Below are positions 52,590 to 64,000 of a stretch of DNA of 64,000 nucleotides, piece by piece. The stretch's first letter is position 1; each line of letters begins with the position of its first letter. Under the pieces are notes generated by a model, which had not been told where the DNA came from, ran no database searches, and was given only the letters and a program-made list of their open reading frames with translations. Location of the stretch: assembly GCF_009914755.1 (NCBI RefSeq), contig NC_060931.1; one strand, 5' to 3'. Source of the stretch: the human T2T-CHM13v2.0 reference genome, Homo sapiens. The position numbers and the translations under genes were made by a program.

Positions 52590-53320
52590 AATTCATTCAT
52601 TCATTAAACAAATGTTTATTGAAACCCTACTTTATGCCAGGTGCTGGACTAAATTCTTGGGGTATAAAGATGAATAGAGACATTCTTTTTTTTTTTGAGA
52701 CAGAGTCTCGTTCTGTCCCCCAGGCTGGAGTGCAGTGGTGCGATCTCGGCTCACAGCAAGCTCCGCCTTCTGGATTCAGGCCGTTCTCCTGTTAGCCAGG
52801 ATGTGTTAACCTCACCGTGTTAGCCAGGATGGTCTTGATCTCCTGACCTCGTGATCCGCCTGCCTCAGCCTCCCAAAGTCCTGGGATTACATGCGTGAGC
52901 CACTGCACCCGGCTGAAAAGAGACATTCTTAACTTCAAGTCTAGGATGGGTGGGAGGCAGACAAGTCAAGCAGCAATGGTAGTACAGAGCTATTGCCATT
53001 ATGTTGGAATTGTTATAAGAGAAAAAGCAGGAACAATAGGTAGTCTGGTTTAAAGGAATTCAAGGAGAAGCATCATGGAGAAAAGATATATAACTTGAAA
53101 CCTGGAGGATGAGTAACAGACAGCAAATGAGCTTAGGAGTGCGGTGAGGAGGGTGAGTAAAGTCGGTATCTTAAAGTGGAGCCAGGCTGTGAGAATAAGG
53201 AACATTTGAAGAACCAGAGAGGTTAATTTGACTATAGTACAATGTGGAATGGCAATAGGTGAGATAGGCGAGGCACAAGAATATTGGAGAGCCCTATAAG
53301 ACATATTAAGAAGGGATCCT
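52590..53320 (-). mobile_element. L2 fragment hosting an AluY
   Basis: ATTCATTCATTCATT..TGTTTATTGA..ATGCCAGGTGCTG. Confidence 0.65.
52686..52913 (-). mobile_element. AluY with internal deletion
   Basis: GCAAGCTCCGCC, GTGTTAGCCAGGATGGTCT, GACCTCGTGATCCGCC diagnostics; TSD TGAA(T/A)AGAGACATTCTT. Confidence 0.93.
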
Positions 53321-56300
53321 GAAAATCAGCATGGGACTTTTGACTTATACTTAAGGAAAGAAAAACACACATACATACCATGATATCTACCCTCTTAACA
53401 AATTTTTAAATGTACAGTACATTATTGTTAACTATTAGCACAATAGAAATTTGGCAAGATCATTATTAGATGTGTTAAGATGGCTTAATCATTTTTCTTT
53501 TGTGTGTGTTTGTCACTCTATTGATGACCGGGCCTGGTTCAGCTAATCTTGCTGACTCCAGATGCCTCTCTCCTCATATGGTGCTGTATACTGCATTTAT
53601 CATAGGTTTTTAAAAATACTTTGTAGACATGTCTTAGTGAATTCACCTAGGAATTTCATATTTATTATTTAAATATTAATGCTGAAGCAAACACAATAAG
53701 CTTCAAAGTAAAACGACTCTAGAGGAAGAGGCCAAGAAATAAAGGTACCAACTAATTTTCCTAATTATATTGACCCAGGGAGGCTGATTAATGTAATATG
53801 TGAAACTCTCTAGGCAGGAAACCATGTTTCTCAAAGGTCTGAGAAATTGCAAATCAAGCATGTTTTAGAATTTAGAAAATGTAAAACCTGAGTAAAAGTC
53901 TATTAACTGATTTTTAAAATGGAAACACAAACTCAGGAGGCTTACTTTGCTGTTCTGCTGAAGAGCTCGAGATTTATCATCCAAGGAGACTGTTGATTTG
54001 GTAATTTGCCCTCTGGCAGGTCTGACATTGGAATAATGCAGAACACTTGATTCAGGTCATAGAAGAAGCAACACTTTGGGCACAGCACAACACAACCAAG
54101 TGAGCACTGGAAACCTGGTGAGTTCCCGTTTTCTACTTCAAAAGTGCTTCTCAGCCAGTTGAGTCACGGGCAAAATGAGTTTTATAGAATGTTCTCTCCC
54201 TTCTTCTGAGACAGAGAATGTTCCATTATACTAACTTGCTTCCAACCCCCTATCTCTATCATAATGGTATATTCTCTTTTTCTCACTCAGGATTGTAGAC
54301 TTTTGTGCTTTGGGGTATCTTTAACTCTCTTTACCCCAACATCCAGGAAGAGAACAAAAAGTTGTTCCTTCTTCATGATGGCACATTTTCATTCTTCTGG
54401 GAATGACTTTACTCCCATAAAATACTCCCCTAAGCAGCTTCCAGACTGAGGGAGAACATAGCCCCTTTCTTTGAATATCTGAGGAGCTGTGGTACAGAAG
54501 CAGCAGGCTGACCTGTGTTGCCTCACAGGGCAGCGAGAAGAATGGGCATCTGATCTGTGCTGCAGACCACTGTGTTCAACATCCAGCAACCTCACAAAAG
54601 AGTGAATCTCTTATTTCTTTATTCTAAGCAGAGTTCAGATGATCCTGTCAGGGAGGTAGTAGGAGAGATTTCTACATGGGAAACGTAGTTGGATTTGAAT
54701 CTGATATTCTACGATTATTTGATTAAATCATTAATGACATATATATTGCAACAATTTATCAACTTTCTCAGCAGAGTATAGGAAATTCAGAGTAGAATTA
54801 AGTGTTATATATTAAGGGAAAACACATAAACATGTTCAATGGTATTTTAAAATAACTTTTGGCTTAAAGCATTAAAGCATCTTATTTAGGTACTATCTTC
54901 AGAAAATTAAAATTAATCACATATGCTCATCCATCTGCTTTATAATATCCTGGTAATAATACCCAGCATTTTAATCAATTTTAATTTAGTTAATACCCTC
55001 GTTTCCATTTTGCAGAGGAATGCAGCACAACAGTATCTAGATGAGGATATTTTCTGGTATTTGGCAAACATGTATTTATTGAAACCTCATGAAAATAAGC
55101 AGAAGCTTTGAAGTTTAAGGTTGTCTAAAAATTTTGGCAGCATGCTGAACATGATAGGCAATTCTAAATGCCAGGTGAGATGTTAGTCAGGGAATCCAAA
55201 GTAGACAAGCAACAGGTTTGTGGACAATAATTGAATGTTCTTTCTGCATTGAGGTTTTATAAAAGAAGAAAAATAAACAGAACACAGTTTCTGTCTACCT
55301 TTATATAAAAGAATAACACTTTCCTCCTTTTAAGATTATAAGTTGTTTGTTTAAATTCTATAAATGCAGTGCATGGATCTTTGTTGTGGAGGAACTTCAT
55401 GTTCTAGCTTACTTATTTGGTTAAAATATTTATTAAACGCCTACCACATATCAGGATATACCAAGTGGATATGGAATGGATTACTTTTTGCATGAATTCC
55501 TGCAAAACCTTTCTGAACTCTTTCCTTACCTTCAGCAAATACTCCTTCCAGTCCACCCTCCACACTACTGCCAGAGTCATTCTTTTAGAACACAGATTGC
55601 CGCACTGTCATAGTTATGCTTTATAACGGTTCCCACTGGCAACCAAATGAAACCCAAACACCTGTTCTATCATATGTTTGTATTTCCAGCCTTGTGTTCT
55701 AACACTCCCTTTTGTGTTCTGTTTCACCCATCATAAATGACCTACTACAGATTTAAGAACAATTATACTTCCATGCTTTCATATATACCGTTTCCTAGAC
55801 CTTGAATGCACTTTTACTCATTTTCTGCTTTTGCCCTAGTCAATGGGATATATATTGAAGACACTTCCCATTGACTTAATTTTTATTTCTTCTAAGAGTA
55901 TCTCTTTAATGAATAAATTTCTCCTTAGTGTCTTGGTTTTGGTAATCTAGTTCCTCTGGTGAATGCAGGGTGGTTAGAAGGGATGACACTGGGTATGAGA
56001 GGAGGAATGACATGGGAGGAAGTATTTATGAAGAGAACTCAGATGAGGAGGCTGACAAAACGTCAATAGAAGCCAAGTAGGCATCTAGCTTTCACTGTCA
56101 GTACCAACTGATTCCACCACTCGAGGTTAAAGTCACTCCTCCTTAGGTTGAGAACTTACACATATTTCTGCCTCTTTAAGTATTTTTCAGCACCTTTCTC
56201 CCATGAATATTTGTCATCTAGTATCATAATTAGCTTCTTATATTTCTGCCTCCACCACTAGCCTGGTGTTTCTTAAAGGTAACTAGCCTCTACAAGGTTC

Positions 56301-57360
56301 TTGATGTGATTTGATGAATGAATAGCAGGCCTTGCTTCCACAGAAAGTGGCGAAAGAAAATGGTGACTTCCTCAGCATCAGGCATTATGGCAGGCACTGG
56401 CTAGGTAGGAAAAAAGACGATTAGGACTCCTTTTCTCATGGAGCTTAGTGTTTGCATGTTGAGTGGTGAGTGACAATTTTTATTATTTTTACTCTCTTTC
56501 CAGCTTTAAGGTATAATTGACAAACAAAAATTGTATATATTTATTGTATACAATGTGATGTTGTATACATTGTATACAATGTATACAATAATATATGTAT
56601 ACATTATAAATTGATTACCACAATCGAGGTAATTAACTTATCTGTCACCTCACTCAGAATATTTTTGTGTGTGCTGAGTACATTTAAGAACTACTCTTTT
56701 AGCAATTTTCAACTATACAATACATTATTATTAGCTATAGTCACCATGCTGTAGAGTAGATCTCCAGGATTTATTCATCCCATCTAATTAAAACTTTGTA
56801 CCTTTTGAGTAACATCTTCCCGTTTCCCCCCTTTCCTACCCATCCCCATCCCCTGGCAACCATCATTATACCTACTTGTCTTGTGAATTTGAATCTTTAT
56901 ATTCCACATGTAAGTGAGCCCATGTAGTATTCATCCTTCTATGCCTAGTTTATTTCACTTAACATAATGTCCTCCAGGATCTTCTATGTTGTCACAGATG
57001 ACAGAATTTCCTTCTTTTTTTAAGGCTGAATAGTATTCCATTGTGTTCTTCATCCATTAATTAATTGATGGAGATGGATTATTCCACATCTTAGTATTGT
57101 GAATAATGCTGCAATAAACATGGGAGTCCAGATAGTCTTTGACATCCTGATTTCATTTCCTTTAGATATGTACCTAGAAATGGAATTACTGGATCATATG
57201 GTAGTCCTCTTTTTAATTTTGGGGGAAACTTCCATACTGTTTTCATAATAGCTGTGCTCATGTATACTCTCACTACGAGTGTGCAAGAGTTTTCTCCACA
57301 TCCTTGCCAACACTTGTCTTTCATCTTATTGGCAGTAGCCATTCAACAGGTGTGAGGTGA

Positions 57361-57666
<306 letters not shown>

Positions 57667-57676
57667 TGTGAGGTGA

Positions 57677-57981
<305 letters not shown>

Positions 57982-60900
57982 TGATTGTAGTTTTGATTTG
58001 CGTTTCCATCATAATTAATGATGGTAAGCATTTTTCATATATTAATATTTATTGGCTATTTCTATGTCTTCTTTTGAGAAATGTCTATTCAGGTCCTTTG
58101 GCCATTTTCTAATTGAGTTAGTTATTTTCTTGCTATTGAGTTGTTTGAGTTATTTCTCTATTTTGAGTATTAACTTCATAGCACATATGTGGTTTGTAAA
58201 CCTTTTCTTCCATTCTATAGGTTGCCTCTTCATTCTGTTCATTCCTTCCTTTGCAATGCAGATGCTTTTAATTTGATGCAGTCCTACTTGTCTATTTTTG
58301 GTTTTGTTGCCTGTGCTTTTGGGGTTGTATTAAGAAAAATCATTACTCAGACCAATGACAAGAAACTTTTCCTTATGTTTTTTTCCAGGAGTTTTAGGTC
58401 CTACACTTAAGTCTTTAATCCGTTTGAATTTATTTTTGTATATACTAATAACATGAGATAAAGGTCCAACTTTATCCTTCTGCATTGTGGATAGCCAGTT
58501 TCCCCAACACTATTTGTTGAGGAGACTGCCTTTTTCCCACATTGTGCATTATTGGCACCTTTATAGAACATCAATTGACCATAAATGTGTAGATTTATTT
58601 CTGGGCTATCTATTCTGTTCTATTAGTCTACATGTCTGTTTTCATGGGCAGACAATTTTTAAAGGAGAGGATCACAGAGAAGTATTACTTGTAATTAGGA
58701 TATAATATGATGATTGCAATTACTAGGTTCTTTACAATGCTGAACATATAATTAGCTTTGCTTTAAAGGATAATTAGGTGGGTAAGATGAGATAAAAGTA
58801 GTATGTTATATAAAATCATGTTTAAAAGCATGAAGATGTAAATGTATATGTGTTTTCAGAGGCATGATTCATAATTCACCATGACTGCAATGAGACTAGC
58901 ATGTGAGGCATGATATTTATTTAATGATATTTCTGACCCAGGATCATGATTCTAGGTACAAATATCTCCAAATGCCCTAGACTTTCCAAACCTAGTGCAA
59001 TACTGCAAGACTGTAAGATCCATGAGAGCAGAGAATGTGTCATTGACTTGCGTATCCTAATGTCTCACAACATGCTTAGTCTCCGTAGTTCTAGAGTTAT
59101 ATTTCTGGTTCTGTCTTACCTGGTCTGTGAGAGCCTTTCTGTGATTAGCAATGACGCTTTGAAGGCACTGTTCTATAATCAGCTGTGTCCTGTGTGTATG
59201 AGAGCGCTTCTTAACGTGTACTTACAATCTGGGGATTTTGAGAAAAAGTGGGATTTTTTTTGTCTTTTTCCTTCATCTAGCACTGATTACTTCAGATATT
59301 CTGATTAGTATAGGTCAGGGACTATTCTCAAATATTAAGAATCTTTATCTTCAAGGAAATTGAATGTTGGTTAGTACTATGGGTTCAAGGCTAGGGAAAG
59401 GATCTTTCTTGTAAAATAGATACATTTCAAATAACAGGCTCTTTTTCCTGTGGGCAGAGAAAACCACCTTGTTTAAGTAAAGCAACTTGATCTCTTCAAG
59501 AAATTAAAAGGTGTTTCTTTTTAAAATTATCTTTGTTTTAGTAATGTAATACTTTAAAAGTACTTCTGAATATGGATTACAATCAAGTCAATTGGAGTAT
59601 CTATATTCAGTCTTAACGCTGGTTTAAACATAGAGTCACAAATGTACTTTGTAGAATTCTGGCATGATGCTTATTAGCATTATCATTTATTTTTTTCTCT
59701 AGGATATTCACATTAGTTAAGGTGAAATATTTCTATAAAAAATGTAATAGAGCAGACAGCAGTCATACAAACAAGTTATATAAAAACAATAAAAATAAAT
59801 AAAAACTTATAGTACTTGGGGAAAACTATCATTTTGAGACCAAACATCCCATTCTCCTCTATTCTTTTATTGGCCTTGTTACCAGCATGTGTACTTAGGT
59901 CCTCAAGACTGAGGTAACCTTTGTTTTTCTCATAAAATATAAGAGACAAATAACTTATATTTCAAGTTGACATTATTTCCCTGTAGAAAACCACATTTTT
60001 ACTTAATCTCTAAATTTTGAATGTGGATTGCTATAATCACCATATTTGGTGTTTTAGAATCAAGACACGTATAGAATAACCCTAGGGAAGCTTTATGAAG
60101 CCTTTTAGATTTCAAGGCAAACAGCATTTCAAAGACAAGTCTACCTTTCTGGGGTTAAAACAACTTTTTAATATAAATGGGCATGATCTGGAAAAGGGAA
60201 CAGTGTGTTGTCAACATCAAAAGAATGTGGCATTGCCTTTCCAAGATGATGCCCATTTAAAGTCATTTCTTAAAGCAGGTCCCATTTATAATGAGGTTAA
60301 AAATAGTTAGTATGTTGTTATGTGGGTTTTGCTGCATAGATTGGGCATAATCAGAAATTCTAATCATAAGAGGCCAAAAGAACATTATAATTGTGGAAAA
60401 GAGAGGTCTACCATGTGTCAAAGTCTCAGAAGGGAAGTGGAGGTTTATCATATCAGTGGTGAGACAGGTGATAGATGAATGGGGTGGTTTAGTGTCACTG
60501 CAGTGAATTTAGTGAGAAAATGAAAGACAACCTTTGGGGGGTGGTCTAAAAAAGAGTTGCGAATTTATGAACTAAAATCTATGTTATAATGGGATTGATC
60601 TCAGGAATCTTACTCTTACTTGTGTTATAGCCACAGCCTCATAGATGAGTCCAGTCAGTATTTTAATAAAAACCTTTCAAGCCAATTGGATGTGCATTAC
60701 CTCCATGAACTTCTGCACAGCTGCAAGCATTCCAAATTTCAGGTTTATGCCTGTGTGTTCCATGAAGGTAAAGATCTCATTACACATTAAGTTTTTCTTT
60801 CTGTTGATAGAAATATTTGCAAAATAACACGTGAACAAAATTAGATTTGTTTTCTTTATTCTCGAACCTACATACCTCCATCTGTACTTAATTATGTGTT

Positions 60901-61324
60901 GTAAATGTTCAGAGTCAGTCATGGTAAAGAGCAAAAGCCCCAAGGAGAAGACTAAGAAGCCTCTTTTTGCTGCCACCTTTTCTTGTCCCAGGTATTTAAA
61001 AACCACAGATTTGTAAGGTGAACATATTGGATTAGCAAGAGATACATTTGAAGGTCTGTCTTGTTCTAGCATTCCATGAAATAAGAAAGGGACTATGACT
61101 CTATTTTATACCTTTAATGAAAAATAAGATCAAATATATAAAATAACATTAGCAACCAAACACCAAATCATAAACATGTCAAAACATTAGCATATAATAT
61201 AAAGTAGTAAGTAGATTTACTGATTTTTGTTATATTTATGTCATCATGCATGTATATTCTATATCTACATATCTGATGTAAAAATTACACTGTGTCTCTG
61301 CCTGCACTGAAAATATTTTATTAG

Positions 61325-62046
61325 ATACACATTAGGATGGTTATTGTAAAAAAAGAAGAAAAAAGTGTTGGTGAGGATGGGGAGAAATTGGAACCCTTGC
61401 GCACTGCTGGGAGTAATATAAAATGGCACAGCCACTGTGGAAAATGGATTGGCAATTCATAAAAAAGTGGTATATAGAATTACCACATGATCTAGCAATT
61501 CTACGTCTCGGTGTATACTCAAAATAAATACAGGCAGAGATTCAAACAGATATTTGTAGACCAAGGTTCATAGGAGCATTATTCACAATAACCGAAATGT
61601 GGAAGCAACCCAAATGTTCATTGAGAGATGAATGAAAAAACAAAATGTAATGTATATGCAGTGGAACAAAATGTGATGTATATACAATATTCAGTCTTTA
61701 AAAGTAAGTAAATTATGACAGATGCTACAACATGGGTGAACCCTGAAGACATCCTAAGTAAAATAAGCCAGTCACAAAAGGACATTTACTATAATACTTC
61801 AGTTATATCAGGTACCTAGAGTAATCAAATTCATAGAGACAGAATGCAGAATGTAGAATGCTTGAGGGAAGGGGAAGGAAGGGAAAACTAGTGTTTAATG
61901 GGTACAGAGTTTTCACGGGGGAAGATAAAAAAGTTACAAAGTGGTAATGGTTGCACAACAATGTAAACATACTTCTTGCCATAGAACTGTGCACTTAAAT
62001 GATTAAAATAGTATATATTATGTTATGTATACTTTACCACAATAAA
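61325..62046 (+). mobile_element. L1MB-type 3' end
   Basis: GTGTTGGTGAGGATG..GGAGAAATTGGAACCC..AAGCCAGTCACAAAAGGAC..TTTACCACAATAAAA. Confidence 0.9.
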
Positions 62047-62829
62047 ATATTCTATTAACATAAAAAATAATTAATATAGAAGTTCCAATTATACTTTGGA
62101 AACTGAGTCACTTTAGTTGGCTTCCTTTTCTGACTAGATTTTTAGGCAATTTACATTTCTACTTTTTCATTATAATGGAAGCCATTGCCAGAAAGTAAGA
62201 GAAATAGATGCTGAATAAGCAAAAGTAGCAAATGCTGTCTATACCATAGCTCCAAAGCAGGATGTAGGCTTGAGGTAGTTGCAAAAGCTAAAAAACCAAG
62301 TCAGGAGGAGAGTTCTGGCAATCAGAAGCAGAGGGACCATGGATTTTACAGAAGGATCAAGAGGGCTTTTGTGAATAATGTGTTTTACTTTTAGATTCTC
62401 TTTCTGCATCCGTAAAATGGGAGACTCATCGGATACTATTTACAGTTTTTGAATCAGTTTGAATCACCATACAACCCCCATTAATTCAGTTCAGCATTTT
62501 GATTCTCCCTCTAGATTGCAAGATCCTTTGAATATAATTGATGCTATTTTTATTCCTAAATTCCTTGTCATTTATGGTAATAATCTATTAATAATGAATA
62601 AATGAAGGCAAACTCTGTAACACAGTGCTCATCTTATCAGAATGTGCAGTTCAGGGAAATATTGATTTGCTTATCAGCCAAACAACTGACATATCTTAAT
62701 TGATAAGTTGAAATATCCAATTCGGGAAAAGTATTCAAAGATTTTGTTAATCTACAAGTGCAGAATAAAATACCAATTTTGGTGAATTGAACCTGCCACA
62801 AAATAACAATCCATAGAGAAAGATAAGAT

Positions 62830-63080
62830 AATAAAAGCATAATAACAGTCAACATTTTATTTAGCATTTACTAAGTGCCAGACTCTGTATTAAATACTTT
62901 TTATGAATTCTCTTATTTAAATTTCACAATGAATTTTAAGATATGTATTTTTATTTTAAAGGTGAAAGAACCCAAAGATATAAAGTTAAATGATTTCCCC
63001 AAGACCAAAGTAACTATTAGATTAATAGTTTAAACCCAGAGAATTGAATCCATGACCTACGGGGTTTTAAAACCAATGTA
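62830..63080 (-). mobile_element. MIR SINE
   Basis: AGCATTTACTAAGTGCCAGACTCTG..AAGTTAAATGATTTCCCCAAGACCA. Confidence 0.7.
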
Positions 63081-64000
63081 CATTTCTTAAGTGGGGTGGC
63101 ATGAGAAGAAGACCAGGAAGTTCTGACTTTGTGTAAGCATTGGGCCACTCTGCACATGTAACTTCTTAACTCAAAGATTTGTGCTAACTCTGCAATGACT
63201 GTTGGTGAGATCCTTATTAGTGGTCACAGATTTCACAGCTTTTTTTTTTCTGTTTTCTGTTTTAAGGAGTGAACATTTTAATGGTTTTCAGCAGTGAAAT
63301 AGCCATTTAAGGTTTATTAAGAGCATCTGTAAGCCGGAGGCTTTTTGTGGAATGCTATGGGAACAGATACATATTTAAAATAAAAGTGACATGCCTATTT
63401 CTGTAAAAGAGGAGCTAAAATATTTCTGTAGGAAAAAGATCTGGTTTTTAAAACAGATAGTTAAAAGTACCTTTTTCAATAAAATAAAACGATTTAACTT
63501 TTTAAGTACATGATTTATTCATGCCAAAAAATTAAGTATATATGAGTTCTCATTTTAAGTGCTCATGTGAAAATATTTCTCCTTGCAATGCATGCTTTAC
63601 AGGTGTTCCTGTAACATGGGGCCAGCCTTATATGTAGCTTTTCAATATGCTAGACATATGCGATACGTATAATACCGCTGACCAGGTGTACACTCATTGG
63701 TAATTACTGTCCAGCCTATTTAGCTCTTTTGGTTTTAGTGTACTACTAATGAGATCTAGCTCATCACTTCATTCCTCCAAATCACGTAGCTCTAAACAAA
63801 CAAAGCATAGCTGCATAGAGCCATCCTCCATACCTTTAACCCAATTTAACTCTTGTCCATATGTGTTATGTTGATTTGGGCAAGAGAATCTCTGTTTGGA
63901 AACAAAAGAAACTAAATAAAACAAAGAAGAATCACCACCCCCACTCTCACCAGGCAACTCAAAATATAGGCCCTGACTTACCAATACTATTTTTACCTTA

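Noticed and set aside
60677-61072. 131-aa ORF
   Set aside because: No recognisable domain or convincing exon boundaries.
63970-64000. Minus-strand donor-like TTG|gtaagtcagg
   Set aside because: The putative exon runs off the window, and an isolated donor is expected by chance.

Overview
AT-rich, CpG-depleted primate genomic DNA (human-like: AluY, AluS, THE1 and Hsmar1 are present) with no CpG island and no credible protein-coding gene. The ORF-track entries are short and chance-like, or derive from repeats. Main structure: bases 1-12466 are the right-hand end of a ~5.0-kb tandem array (at least 2.5 units, continuing left of the window) whose units are visibly diverged (several percent, by eye). 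The terminal Alu keeps both target-site duplications while the two internal junction Alus do not, which indicates the array was born by Alu-Alu recombination. The remaining ~51 kb is intergenic/intronic sequence with L1, L2, MIR, Alu, MaLR/ERV solo LTRs, Tigger2, a MADE1 MITE and a near full-length dead Hsmar1 mariner. It also has a few candidate non-coding exons, non-B-DNA tracts and a MYB-motif cluster. I cannot identify the locus. Repeat subfamily names come from recalled consensus sequences, and boundaries of old elements are approximate.
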